In this document: positions 1 to 13,195 of the stretch, in pieces
Numbering within the stretch: the stretch's first letter is position 1
Layout: each line of letters opens with the position of its first letter
From: Camelus ferus
Taxonomy: Eukaryota
NCBI RefSeq assembly: GCF_009834535.1
Contig: NC_045697.1
Location: 78,866,001 to 78,930,000, forward strand
DNA length: 64,000 nt
Direction of reading: 5' to 3'
Program-made: the position numbers and the translations under genes
Notes under the pieces: model-generated
Databases searched by the model: none
Told to the model about the DNA's origin: nothing
The model's input: the letters and a program-made list of their open reading frames with translations, nothing else

Positions 1-294
1 CCAAACAAGACAAGAATATTTGGAGTTTTAACCACCTCACAGCCACTATTCTCAGAAGTACCCGCAAAAGGAAGACAAGAGAGCAGTGCTTTGAAAATAT
101 GCATTTGTCCTTAAGGATGCATTCTCTGTTTCATTAGTTTCCACATCCTCTGGAGAAAGAAGTAGAGAATGTCTAAATTTTGTTTCAAGTTTAAACCCAT
201 AAATTTGTCGATCTGAATTGCTGCTTTCTTCCCAAAGGCATTTGGAAAAAAATATTTTCCATATTGGTCACAAGCTAAATATGATCCCAGGCTA

Positions 295-297
<3 letters not shown>

Positions 298-329
<32 letters not shown>

Positions 330-330
330 C
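298..330 (+). repeat. (AAAAC)n pentanucleotide microsatellite
   Basis: aaaaaacaaaacaaaacaaaacaaaacaaaaac is directly visible. Confidence 0.95.
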
Positions 331-3300
331 CTCCGTTAAGGCTGAGGGAATACGGGTATGTGGCTCCCCCCAGTGACCACTGAGAATGTCGGCACAGTTC
401 AGAGATAAAGTGCAGGGAAAGTGATGCTTTGAATTATTGCCAGCAAAAGCCCATTGTCCAATCTTCTTCACCACCTGGTAACAGCTGGTGTAGATGTCAA
501 GACGAGATGAAAAATGGATAGAGGTCAAATCCAGGAGGACTTCTCTTGTATAGCAAATCAATTTAAAGCAACAAAAGTACCAAGATAAAATTTCCAAGAA
601 CTTCTGAAGCTTAAAAACCATAGCTAAACTTTAGGGAGAAGGGATGGCAAAGAAGAAGACAGGAGCAAGCCTTCACTTCACACAGCATCTCGTTTAATAG
701 CTTCAGATTTAGAAAAGCAGAGGAACTTTACCCCTGTAACACCAGGGGAGAAGCTAATACCAGCATATTCCCAAGCTGACATGCAATTTGGAATGGAAAC
801 TAACACAATAAAAAAAGTTTTTTAATGTACAGAATATATTCCAGCTGAGAGTCTTCAATATCACAGCTCCCAGAGGTTCCAAGCAGTCACTCGGCAATTC
901 ACAGCATCAGAATTTCTGGGCCTTGACCCAGGTTTCAACCACGCCTCACAAACAACATTGCCTTGGTTCTCTTGAGGGTTCAATCTTCATAGCAGCCTCT
1001 AAATTCAAAGCATAGTTTCTGAGAAGGGAAAATACTTTCAAACAATGAATGGAAGATATATCTGCCTTCCAAATTTATAATCCTGTATATTCACCAGCAC
1101 CGGACAGCCCACAAGCACTATGCACAGACAATTCACAACCACTGGTAACCAACCAACAAGTCTGACTCAATTCTGATAAGTCATCCCACCTCTTAAATGT
1201 GTCTCCTTAACTAATTCGTGCATAAAACTCCTCCTTGTCTTTGCCCTTATTCTGACTCCTTTCTTCCTCTGTTTTTCACCTGGTGTCTTCTCCCGAACGC
1301 AACCACCTCTACCAGGTCTCTCTGCCCTACCTCCAAATACTGTTCTTTTCTAGGTTTAGAGATTGACTCCTCTCTGACTTTTGTTTCCCTTAATCTTCTA
1401 ATGAATTTTCCTTAGCCTCCTGTTATTACTAACATGGGAAGCAGTCTGTTAAGGGATAAATTACTGAAGAGGCTCCACTACAGAGCATCCCAGAGTCACA
1501 GAGCCTAGAGCCCCAGAGGGTCTCAAAATATAATGTGACAGAGCCGTCAGCTTACAGGCTGTTAAGATGCCTCTTTGAATTTGTCAGATACTGAAACTGA
1601 GGCTTAAAGCAGGTAGTGTTTTGCCTGCTGACAATTACCCAGAATTTGCAGCTTCTTAAGACAGAATATTTCCCATTATAAACACCACCTCTTTACACAT
1701 AACAGCATGGGAAAAGTTTTGAGGAAAGGGTTAGGTTTTTCATACTCTTTGAGCACGGTCATCTAAAGAAAAAGCCACCTAACAATTCTTACTCTTGAAT
1801 CCCAGTGTTAGAAACAACCGACTTTTTAATCATAATCACTTTGTCTTTTACATTCTTCCTTTTTTCCCTTCACTTCAACAGGAAGAATTAGCCCTTTTTT
1901 GATAAATGTCTCTTCCCTGGTTATTGTGTATGAATACAAATATGTTTTCATTTTAAGTTATATTGTTTTCACCTGCCAGCTGTCCTGAAGAATTGCATCT
2001 GCAAAAAATGAGCCTTCCTCGTAGTTTTTTATGTTTTGTTTTGCCCCTGAAGGTTAATTGCAGCTCTGCTTCCATAGCTTCCTTCTGCTGTGGAGTTAAC
2101 CACGGGTTTGTCGCACTGGGGAAGGTTTATCAAAGGTCTGGAATCCAAAACAAGGGCAACAATAAACATCAATTAGATCCAGGCCCTCTGCTCCCACTGC
2201 CTTCACAGGTTAAAGCAGCAAACCCAGCTTTTGTCTTCAGTGAGACTGGACTCCCCTAAAGCCACTGAGGAGGGTGGCTGAGGGACCTGTTTCCAAGATG
2301 GTCTTTGGAACACAAGTTTCCTTCCTGATTGAGATGACAAAGAGGAGGCGCTGGTGAGCAGCATTCCTGCTCTGTACCTTCTCAAAACAGCTTCTCGTAG
2401 GGGCTTGCAATTATGTCGTAACTAACCTGTTAGGAGTACAAGTGGCATGTGAATCTGTCATCTGAAGTCTATTTTGTCACAGGCTAATAAATTGAGAAAC
2501 TGAAATTGAGACTTGATTGTGGGACAAAGAATGTCGAATCCAAATTTAAAACTACATGTACTTTCCAATTTTGACAGAAATAGGCATTTCTCACCTGTCT
2601 TGTATATTCGCCTTTTTTAAATTACTTGCTTTTGAAAATAGAAAAATACAGATACAGCTCTCTAAAAACATACAAAGATGTAGGGATATATTACATCAGG
2701 AAGATAGGAGTCCCTTTAAAACCTTCAGTTATTTAAGTAAACAGAAAATCACCAGCAATTTAACAAAAATCTATGAAACAGTGACACAAATACTAGCTAC
2801 AGTGACCTCTAGTGTTCTGATGGCTAAACAGTCAACAGCTAGACAAACAGCAGCTTGCCCCATTCACTGTGATTAGCCAGTATCAAATCAAACCGTAATT
2901 TCTGGAAATGGGAGAGATCTTACTAGTAAGTCTGGCTTTACCGATTACTATCTCCATGAAAAGAAAATATAACAATAAAATTAAAGAATTTCTAATGATT
3001 AACATCTCACCATCCTAATGATTATCTTCATTTTTTGTCTTTAACTTTCTAATCATCATTCACATAAATACATATTAATACAGTCAACGTTATATATTTA
3101 TCCCATAGAATATATTCATCAATTTTTTTTAATTTTAGAAAAATATTTTATTTTCTTGATTCCTTACTTGGAAATCAGAAGTTATAAACAGAGATATCAA
3201 AGGGTTTACCACTGGAAAAGTGTTAGGTGGCTGACTTTATACATAAGTGCTTTTTGTGGCATGATTTTATCTTTATCTCCCCAAAACAGGTCCTACTTAC

Positions 3301-4909
3301 CACAAAGGAGTCTACTAAATATCAAAATCAAGTAATTAGAATATAGACAACAAATACCTAAGAGGAAATGTCTAAGGTACAGGATGTCTGAATTCTGTTG
3401 TTCAGATTCTCTTACCTGCAGGAGTGACAAATCAATTAATTTGAGGCAGTCTGCCCTAAGAGGAACATGGTATGCAAAACAGGAATTGTTTAATTATAAG
3501 ACACATTATTATTTTAGCCCTAATAACCTAGTTTAAAAAAAAACTCTTGCAATCTATGTTTTTTCAGAAAAACAAGTTCTATCTACTAAGGTCCTACCAA
3601 TCGATAAGCAAAGGCCCAAACTATGGAAATAAGGGATTTACACTTCTCTTCCAGTGAATCTCATCCTCCAAAAAGAAACAGTGACCGAAAACAAGTATTT
3701 CTAAAATGTCCTCATTTGTGTCTTTCATTTGCTCTGATAGTAGGGCAATCCTCTCCTCTCATCCTCCCAGTAAAGCAACTGGTACAATGATCTCAGAATA
3801 AAATGGTTAAGTGACAATGAAATAAGAGTTGGGCTCCTGGAAACTATGGAAGGATCACAGCTCATCTTTTTAAGAAGACATTCAAATCATTAGCTCCTAT
3901 TTCATGAAATACTGCATTTTCATCTTATCCTTTTCATCTTTGCTACTGTTATGAATGGAGATCTAAAGGCAAGAAAAATAAAACATTAGAAATAATAACC
4001 TTAAAGTTAGGACTGCTTTTTATGAATAACTGCTCCCACTATTTCTCCCATAGCCATAAAGTCACTTTGATTTTTATTTGATTTTTATTATTGATTTTTA
4101 CAATTTAGGTTTATAGAGATCAAAAGAAGAAGGAAGGAATTTGCATGTGGGGAGATGGGGAAGCTTTTAAAGGATCCATAAACTGAAGGTGAGTTCCACA
4201 CACTCTAACAAGGGGACATAAGACATTGAGACACTGAATCACAAAGGAAATAACAGGCAAGAGTTGGAGAAAGATTAGCTTTCCTCTTTCCCTCTTTGAA
4301 GCTGGCAAGTAAAGATCAGAGTGATGCCAAGAGCTAAGCAAAACAAACAAACAAACAAAAAACCTGAGGGTTATATGCGGACAATAAAGTTATAAGTGTT
4401 TTCCCAAATGTCTGACCATGAGGTACGTAGCCCAGAGAAGTAGAACACTGAATTCATGATGATACCAGGGACTCCAAGGGGAAATTGGATCAAAGACATT
4501 TTCTACATCTTCGGCAACCCCAAATGTAAAGAACATCCATAATATTGTGATATTAAGACCTATGGGAACTTGCTGCTTCTATATCACCTATTAACTTGAT
4601 GCCTGTTACAATAAACCTCTTTTTTTTTTAATAAACTTGTAACAAGAATTCAAGAAATAGAAAGGTTAAAAAATCTGTTCACTTATGTTCAAGAATGCAG
4701 ATAAATCTGTGCCAAGAAGATGATATTTCTCAGCCAAGAGATTTTAAGGTCTTCATGGGTGTCACAAAAAAAAAAAAATAACAATTTTATATAAATTTAC
4801 CTCTTTCCCAAAAGGTAATAAATCCTTAAGTAGTTTTAAGTTAACTTTTAAATTGTCTGTAACCTTGAGATTCCATTCATTATATATTTAGCCATTTTAG
4901 TTAGTATTA

Positions 4910-6449
4910 TAAAATATATACTGAAAATTGCAAAATATTGATGAAAGAAATTTGAAAAGACACAAATAAGTGGAAAAAAATATCCTATGTACATGAACCA
5001 GACTTAATATTGTTAAAATGCCCATACTACTGAAAGCAATCTACAGACTCATGCAGTCCCTGTCAAAATCCTATGGCATTTTTCACAGAAAGAGACAAAA
5101 ACAATTCTACAATTTATATGGAACCACAAAAGACCACAAATAGCTAAATCAATCCTGGGCAAGAAGAACAAAGCTGAAAGCATCACATGTCCTGATTTCA
5201 AAATATATTACAAAGCGTACAGTAATCAAAACAGAACAGTGATGGCATAGAGACAGCAGATAGGCCAATAGTAGAGAGAGCCCAGAAATAAATCCATAGT
5301 TAACTGACCATTGACAAGAGTGCCAAGAATACACAGTGGCGAAAGGACAGTCTCTTTAATAAATGGTACTGGGGAAACTGGATGTCTACATGCAAAAGGA
5401 TGAAATTTAACCTTTATCTTACACTATAACCTATACACAAACACACACATCCCTAAAAATGGATCAAAGTCTTAAATTTGTAAGACCTGAAACCATAAAA
5501 CTCCCAGAAGAAAACAGGAGAAAAGTTTCATGACATTGGTCTTGGCAATGATTTCACAGATACAATACCAAAAGCACAGGTAACAAAAGTAAAATTAGAC
5601 AACTGGGACGATATCAGACTAAAAAGCTTCTGCATCACAAAAGAGACAATCAACAAGCGTGAAAAGACAACCTATGGAATGGAAAAAAAAGTATTTGCAA
5701 ACCACATATCTGATAAGGGGTTAATCTCCAAAATATACAAAAAAACCCTACAACTCACTAGCAAAAAAAAAAAATCAATAACCCAATTCAAAATGGGCTA
5801 ACAATTTTAAAAGACATTTCTCCAAAGAAGACATACAAGTGACCCTCAGGTATATATAAAAAATGTTCAGTGTCACTAATCATCAGAGAAATGTGTACCA
5901 AAACCACAATGAAGTATCACCTCAAACTTCTAAGTATTTAATCAAAAGAAGTAAAATCAGGATCTCAAAGAGATGGTTGCACTCCCCTGTTCGTTGCAGC
6001 ACCATTCACAATAGCCAAGATGTGGAAACAACCTAAATGTCCACCAACAGATAAATAGGTAAAGAAAATGTAGTATATACATACAATGAAGTAGTATTCT
6101 GCCTTTTTAAAAGAAGTAAATTCTGCAACATGCAATAATATGGATGAACCTTGAGGACATTACACTAAGTAAAATAAGCCAGTTATAGGAAGACAAAGAT
6201 GTCATGATTTCACTTACATGCAGTATCTACAATAATCATAGAATTAGAGTGGAATGGTGGTTGCCAGGGGCTGAAGGAGGGGGAAATGGGGAGGTAGTAA
6301 TCAATGGGCATAAAGCTTCACAAGTTAAACAAGTTGAATAAGCTCTAGAGACCTTCAACACTCACCAATAGTCAACAATAACGTACATTTAGTTTTGTTT
6401 TAATGAAAGGGTAAATCTGATGTTAATTCTTACCATGATAGAATAAAAA
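4910..6449 (+). mobile_element. 5'-truncated LINE-1 (ORF2 3' part + 3'UTR), L1MA/L1MB-like, degenerate
   Basis: Typical ORF2 3' motifs (aaagcaatctacagactc, ggaaccacaaaagacc, aaaagcttctgca, ggatgaaccttgaggacattacactaagt), then a 3'UTR ending aataaaaa. Many stops and frameshifts. Subfamily is from recall. Confidence 0.92.
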
Positions 6450-7058
6450 TGTTAATGACACTTGAAAAAATTATCAAACATAATGAATGCACTCAATTTC
6501 CACCTGTAAAAAATGTTAGTCAAGCTGTAATAAAACCACTTTAAATATCTGCAGTAGTATTACTCATAATCAGATACAAATAATATTACTGAAGAATGTA
6601 AATAGTTTGTTCAACCTGTTTCGTCAATATTTTTTTTCTATTTCTAGGGAAAACAGGAGGATGTACTCCTTATTGTATGGACATAAAATACCAGGCCAGG
6701 CCACCTAATTAATCAGGCTCTATTTATATCCTACGTACAAATAAATCCTCCTCAAAATATCTGTTCTTCCTGAAATGTACTGTCTTTTAAATAAGGTTAA
6801 TAATATATACTTCACATGGATATTTTAATCATTAAATAAGACAATGGTCACACCAGTGCCTTAAATAATTCCTAACACAAAATAGGCAAATAAAGAATGA
6901 CAACAATTCCATTTTTCAAAGGCAATATGCTTTTGTCACAATGCAGCCAAATTACTGTACATCATCATATGGTAGCTTTTGTAAACTGCCCCAAATCCTT
7001 ACAATTCTTTAATTAAGGGTTTTTTTTTGGGGGGGGGTCCCTTTTGCCATTGAGTTTC

Positions 7059-7890
7059 ATTTTTATCAACTTATTGAAGTATAATTTACAAAAAATAAAA
7101 TGTGTCCATTTTAAGTGCATATTTTGATAAGTTTTGACAAACATATTCACTCATATAACCACCACCACAGTCAAGAGGTGAATATTTCCGTTTTCCCAAA
7201 AAAGTTCTCCAGTGTCCTTTGTAGTCAGTTCCCCTACCCCTGGTCCTCTGCATCTACTTAATACTTTTATTATTATAAATTAGCCTGTTCAGCAATTTCA
7301 TATAAATGGAATTATACGGTATATACTCTTTTGTGTATGGTTTCTTTGGCTCAGGATAATGTTTTTAAGATTCACTCACATTTCTGTATTAGTAAATTTG
7401 TTCATTTTTATTGCCAAGTGATAATATATTATATGGATTTACTACAATGTGTTTATTCATTCTCCTGTGAAGGACATTTGGTTGGCTTCTAGTTTTAGGC
7501 TATTATGAATAAAGCTGCTATGAACATTTTTGTACAAATTTTATGTGGTCATATATTTTTCTTTTGCTTGGGTAAATAACTAGGAGTTGAATTGTGGGTC
7601 CTGTAGTAACTATATACTTAACTTTATATGCAACTGTCAAACTATTTTCCAAATGGCTGTAAATTATGTTATTCTTCCACAAGCAACGTATGAAAGTTCT
7701 GTTTGCTTTTCATGGTTGCTGACACTTGGTATTGTCTTTATTTAGCCATATTAATAGGTGTAGAATAGGATCCTATTGTTTTAATTTTCCATTTTCCTGT
7801 TGACTAATGATGTTGAGCATCTTTCCTGTGTTTATTGACCATTCATATATCTTCCTCTTTGAAGTGTCTGTTCAAATATTTTGCCAATCT
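7059..7890 (-). mobile_element. Old LINE-1 3' end (L1MB/L1MC-like), antisense
   Basis: tattgaagtataatttaca...accaccaccacagtcaag...ggctattatgaataaagctgctatgaacatt...gactaatgatgttgagcatcttt is the reverse complement of an L1 3' end. Confidence 0.88.
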
Positions 7891-9399
7891 TTTAAACCCT
7901 TAGTTAAAGTTTTTAAATTATCTGATGCCATCTAAATATCTGGGACAAGACTCATGAAAGCATCTCCCTTGATAGTGGTTCCAGGGTAAGAAGCTCCTGA
8001 GCCAAATTTAACTAAGACTTAATACCTGAGGTGACCAATGCAACATAGTGAGATAGAGAACAAAAGAGCAAAGAATACTGAGAACTGTTTCCAAAGAAAA
8101 GCTGAGGTAGAAAAAAGAAAAAACACAACACAGTAGGGAGTCAGGAGGATCAGGAGAGAATCAGGTTTTAAAACTGGTTAAGGATAAATTTCAGAACACA
8201 GACTGTAAACAATGAGTGTAGGGTACAGTTCTTTTATGTGCTACTGAGTGTTTTTTATGGAGTTAGGTGTGGAAATGTACAGAAGTTAAAAAGATTGGAC
8301 AAATATGAAAACGTCACCTTCATAACCTTCCATCTTGTTGGCTGAGCTTAGTACTTTAATAATATACCAAGTTGTCACTGACTTTTTGTCCTAACTGAGA
8401 AAGCAACCTCCAGTTAATAGAGCAAGAGATGGAACTTAGAAAACGTGGCTTTTACTCTGATATGTTTGTGATCAACACATTGTAATCTTGCCAAAATTCT
8501 TCATGTCTGCTTCTCAATTTCCCCAACAGTGATATATAAATAGCATGAATTATAGAAGTTGTATCCTTAACCTTTTGCACAAGTAAGAGCAAACAAACAA
8601 CACAATAATTTGTGTTAATACCAAGAGCCCCAGAAATCTTTACAGAATCTCAAATGCTAAAGACTGTTTGCAGTTGTGCTGGATGTGTGGTCTAACCACA
8701 GAGAGCTTGTGCAAAACGCTTTACTTACAAAAATTTATTAATACATATGAAGTGAAAAATGCAATGCTAATGTCATCTGACACGCTTGCCTTCAGCACCA
8801 CTCCATCAAGAAAGCAGAACTGTGATCACAATGGGCTGGCTTACTGGTATTATTTCTTTTCTTTCTCCTACATCTTTGGATCCCATTCCTGCCAGCCTTC
8901 CTCAGTCAGTGAAACCACAGTGACGTTGGGAAGGTGAAGGAGATACCCCGAGAGCCTCTTTATACAAGTCTCTCAGCTGCCCAAAGGAGCACAACAACTT
9001 TCATCTCTGAATCTTTCTGAGGAAAGGGTTATCATAGGGTCCCTGTTTCAACAAGAGCAAATGGAATGCCCACTTGGACCCTGCAACAGCAAGCAAGGTT
9101 TACCTTTATTTTCAATTACAGTATTTTCCTTTTAGGGCAAACATGCTAATACAATTGGCCAGCCGGAGAGTAAAAAGAAAGCAAGATCTCTACAATGTTT
9201 CTCCCTTGACATTTTCCCTTATATTGTTTTGTCTGCAGAGAATTTTTGTTATACTACAGATATTTTCATTGCAGGGAAAAAGGAAAGACCTAAGTCGCTA
9301 TCATTTCTATATAAAGTAGACAACAAAAATATATACATCTTAAAACTTGAGGTTAAAAAAAAGCACTTGCTTATGCAATAAAAATAAACTGAAATAAAA

Positions 9400-9970
9400 A
9401 TAGACAAGATAAAATGATAATGTCAAAAAATTAAACAACATAAAGGAATTAATTTTTGCTACAGATAAGTTTCCAAATTGAATCAACTCCATCCCACAGA
9501 AAAAGGATAAAGAGCTATTATACACAATTGAAAGAAGAGGAACCCAAAAGGTTAACAAGAAAATAAAAAGATGTTCAAGTTCATCATTAATCAGATAAAT
9601 GCAAATTAGCAAATTAAAACCACAGTGAAATTTAAGTCTACACCCTATAAACTAGCAAAAATCATAAAGCAATAGAAAGTTAAGCCTTGATAGGAATGTG
9701 GTGATATTGAGCATAATGGGCACTGTCAGTGGAAGTCATCAGCCACCCTGAAGAAGAGTGCACTGGCAGTATTCAGTCCAGTTAAGGATTTTCCTGGGTA
9801 TGTGTCCCATGGAATTCCAGCAAATCTGTAAGTGGGAAAGCACGACAATGTTCATCACAGTGTTGCTGGTGGTGATGGGAAGTAGAGGCAATTTGGATGT
9901 CCCTCCCTGGGTGAATAGATACAACATGCTGAACGTTACAAAGTACTATGCAGTGGTTAGAATGAACACA
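9400..9970 (+). mobile_element. Highly diverged LINE-1 (L1M/L1ME-like) ORF2 3' fragment
   Basis: aaagatgttcaagttcatcattaatcagataaatgcaaatta...aaaaccacagtga and atgttcatcacagtgttgct resemble the L1 ORF2 end. Confidence 0.65.
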
Positions 9971-10039
9971 CCAGAGAGAATGCTGGAAGGAAAAAATGTG
10001 CTATATAAACATAGACTGTGGGTACCATCCAGACTGAAA

Positions 10040-10150
10040 GACCCAGAATTTCTAGGGAAGATATAGAGAAGAGCATAGGAAATCCAGAAATTTGTGTTTT
10101 TCATAAACCCTCCAAGCAATTCTGTTAATTAACCCAATTTAAGTATCATG
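10040..10150. mobile_element. MER5-like hAT-Charlie DNA transposon remnant
   Basis: ccagaaatttgtgtttttcataaaccctccaagcaattctg resembles the MER5 motif ccaggaatctgcattttaacaagctccccaggtgattctg (from recall). Confidence 0.45.
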
Positions 10151-10263
10151 CATAAAGACTTAGGCATATAGAGTGCTCCATAAGTATCTGTATAGTTAGT
10201 TTTAAGCTTTAATAACTTTAGAAGCATAATGCTACAAATTTAGAAAAAGAATTCAAAAGATTA

Positions 10264-10957
10264 TTTAAACCAGTCATCTGTCAATGGACATTAGGTTGTT
10301 TTCATGTCTTGGTTGTTATATATAGTGCTGCTATCAACACTGGGGTGCATGTATCTTTTTGAATTAGAGTTTCCTCCAGATATGTGTCCAGGAATGGGAT
10401 TGCTGGATTATACAGTATGTCTGTTTTTAGTTTTTTGAGGAATTTCCATATTGTTTTCCGTAACAAATTTTGGTACATTTATACAATGGAATACTACTCA
10501 CCCATAAAAAAGAATAAAATAATGCCATTTGCAGCAACATGGATGGACATAGAGATTGTTATTCTAAGTGAAGTAAGCCAGAAAGAGAAAGAAAAATACT
10601 ATATGATATCACTCATATGTGGAATCTAAAAAAAAGAAAAAAGAAAACAGCAATGAACTCATCTATAAAACAGAAGCAGACTTGCAGACATGGTAAACAA
10701 TCTTATGGTTACTGGGGGTAAGAGAGTGGGAAGAGATAAATTTGGGAGTTTGGGAATTGCAAATATTAGCCACTATATATAAAAATAGACTAAAAAAACA
10801 AGTTTCTTCTGTATAGCACAGGGAACTATATTCAATATCTTGTAATAACCTTTAATGGAAAAGAATATGAAAACAAATTTATGTAGGTATATATATAACT
10901 GGAACATTGTGCTGTACACCAGAAATTGACACATTGTAATTGACTGTACTTCAATAA
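10264..10957 (+). mobile_element. Younger LINE-1 3' end with 5' inversion (twin priming)
   Basis: ~10264-10463 is antisense L1 ORF2. ~10464-10957 is sense ORF2 C-terminus (MEYYSPIKKNKIMPFAATWMD...YYMISLICGI*) plus 3'UTR and aataaaaaa. Flanks aaaagatta (10255-10263) and aaaaggtta (10958-10966). Confidence 0.9.
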
Positions 10958-12068
10958 AAAAGGTTAAGTTTTTAAAAATATTGATGTCTTATTAAAGTTT
11001 AGCATAATCACTATGTTATATACTACACACTGCTGTAGCCAATTTTCAAACTGTGTAAAAATAAATTACAAGGATTGCATTTGTAATCCTAGTTTTAACA
11101 TGATTATAAGAATGAGGTATTGAAACATATACAATAGTTTTGATGTCACCCCACAAAAGTCTAAGGGAGAGAGATCAGGTTACTAAAGTGGCTAAGGAAA
11201 GGGAATTTTTCTACCAGAAACTGTGGCAGTGGCATAAAAAAGTTAAACATTTACTTTTTATTCTTATTTACTTATGTTATTACTTCAATAATCTATTATT
11301 ATATCTGAAGTATAACATTAGTTAGTAATTATGAATATTGTGAGGAGTAAGAGGACCAAGTTGTTTTCTACATTATCAAAGTAAATTTACATTAACTGTA
11401 ATTGCAATGTTCATTATACTTTTAAGAAAAGTGGCAATCCATGAACTGTATACAGTAACTTATACATTAACAAGATATTCATTTAACAAAAATGCCCATT
11501 CCTCAATCATTACAGATAATTTAATTTAATAAACTTTCAGAGTTTTAATTTAAATAATTTAAATAAACTTTCAGAGAGTAATATTTGTAGAGAGGTATTT
11601 GAGTAAAATTGTTTAGTAACAGAAATTGTGGAGATGATTTTTTAAAAAGACCACACTAAATTCTTTACAAAGTAAATGCATGATTTTCTTATGTTACAGT
11701 TGACTAGTAATGAATGTAATGTATCAAAAAGAGATACTTAAAGATTAAAATATATTTCAGGAGGACCAATGCAGAGTGTATGGATTAGGCATCTACTTAT
11801 AAGGAGTGACTTGAAGAGCATCAAAATCTGTGCAGGATGTAAGATGCAATAGAGGAAGAATTTAAAAAGATCTTATTTGATCGGGTCTTATGAACTATGC
11901 TAACATACATAGGTGGGTTTATCTATTAGAGGCCTTACTTGTAAAAAGTAAGGTCAGCTTGTCTATCCAAACTGTTGTAAGGTTATATGAGGCCACTCAT
12001 TCATTTATTCATAAATAACTATATTTAGATACCATTAGAAAAGGAGACAGTCATCTGAGAGAGTGATT

Positions 12069-12092
12069 GTGTGTGTGTGTGTGTGTGTGTGT
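12069..12092 (+). repeat. (GT)12 microsatellite
   Basis: Directly visible. Confidence 0.97.
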
Positions 12093-12369
12093 ACAGATAT
12101 GGCTGATAAGACAAGGAAGCCCAAGATATGTGAGCTGAAATAATACATGAGCAGGCAGCTGCTATTTATAGGCACTCAAAGTATAATATCTTTAAGAAAA
12201 AAATCCCAATTTTTGCCAAATATCTTTCACAGTTAGCTAGACATGATGATTAAAAAAAAAAATTTTTGACATGAAGACCTAATTTCCAAAAAGCCTTGCT
12301 AAAATTCGGGTTAGAAAATATTGTGAAGGAGAGGGTGAAGGAAGGAACTAACGGTTTCAGAGAACACAC

Positions 12370-12552
12370 TATTACTTTTAATACTCAAAACAATCCAGTG
12401 AGATTGATACTGTTGAATACTCCCATTTTAGAACTGAGGAAACTGAAGCTCAAAGAAGTGAAATAATTTCTCTAAAGTCACACAGCTAATATGTAGTAAA
12501 GCTGAAGTTTGAACATGCATATGTTTAACTCCAAAGTCTTGTCTTTGTCACC
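12370..12552 (-). mobile_element. MIR SINE
   Basis: cccattttagaactgaggaaactgaagctcaaagaagtgaaataatttctctaaagtcacacagcta is the reverse-complement MIR core. Confidence 0.85.
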
Positions 12553-12560
12553 ATTATCAC

Positions 12561-13195
12561 CAGTGATGGAATCACCTTGAAGAAATAATATTTAAGCTTC
12601 TGCACATCATAACTACATGAGGACTCCTAGAAGGGCCTTTAGCAGTGTGGATAAAGAATGTCATCAATTAGAAGAGATTTAAGATTGGCCCCTGCACAAG
12701 AAAATCTCTCACATCTGAAAACTTAACTGCTGTACTCATAAAAGAAACTTGACAGAAGTTTTCTCAAATTTAACAACCTTAAATATATACACTAGATTAT
12801 CAATAACATGATGTGAGGTGGAAAGAAACTTTTTGTAAACTGTCAATTAAAAAAAATTTGATCTACTATGCCAGAGAAAAGATAAAATTATGTTTTCATT
12901 TTCTCTATAGAAATTAGTAATATACTATTGCTCTATAATATGAAGAGGCAATCCAAAAATATGCAGCCAAATATGTAGGGAAAAGATATAAACGTGTGGC
13001 AGTCAATGAAAATAATTATGCTTTTCTAATAGATTTTGTGGTATTTGCCATATTTTCAACATTTGAAATTTGTTAGACTTTTGCTCATTGTAAATAAATG
13101 CTTCCCTTTGTACCTAATCTCGTATTTTTCTAAAAGAAGGCCTCGCAGATTGCATAAACTTCCAGCCTTATAACCAAGACCTATCAAATCCCCAG
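12561..13195 (+). mobile_element. Internally deleted hAT DNA transposon (Zaphod/Tip100-like) with decayed transposase C-terminal dimerization domain
   Basis: ~12750-12910 translates, with stops and frameshifts, as TEVFSNLTTLNIYTRLSIT*CEVERNFL / KLSIKKN / *STMPEKR*NYVFIFSIE, matching the hAT 'S.E.ER.FS...RSTM...RL..L...SIE' pattern. The 3' end tttgtacctaat...aaagaaggcctcgcagattgcataaacttc resembles Zaphod (from recall). Confidence 0.75.

Noticed and set aside
111..621. 71-aa and 109-aa minus-strand ORFs
   Set aside because: They run through the (GTTTT)n repeat, show no homology I recognise, and have composition typical of chance ORFs.
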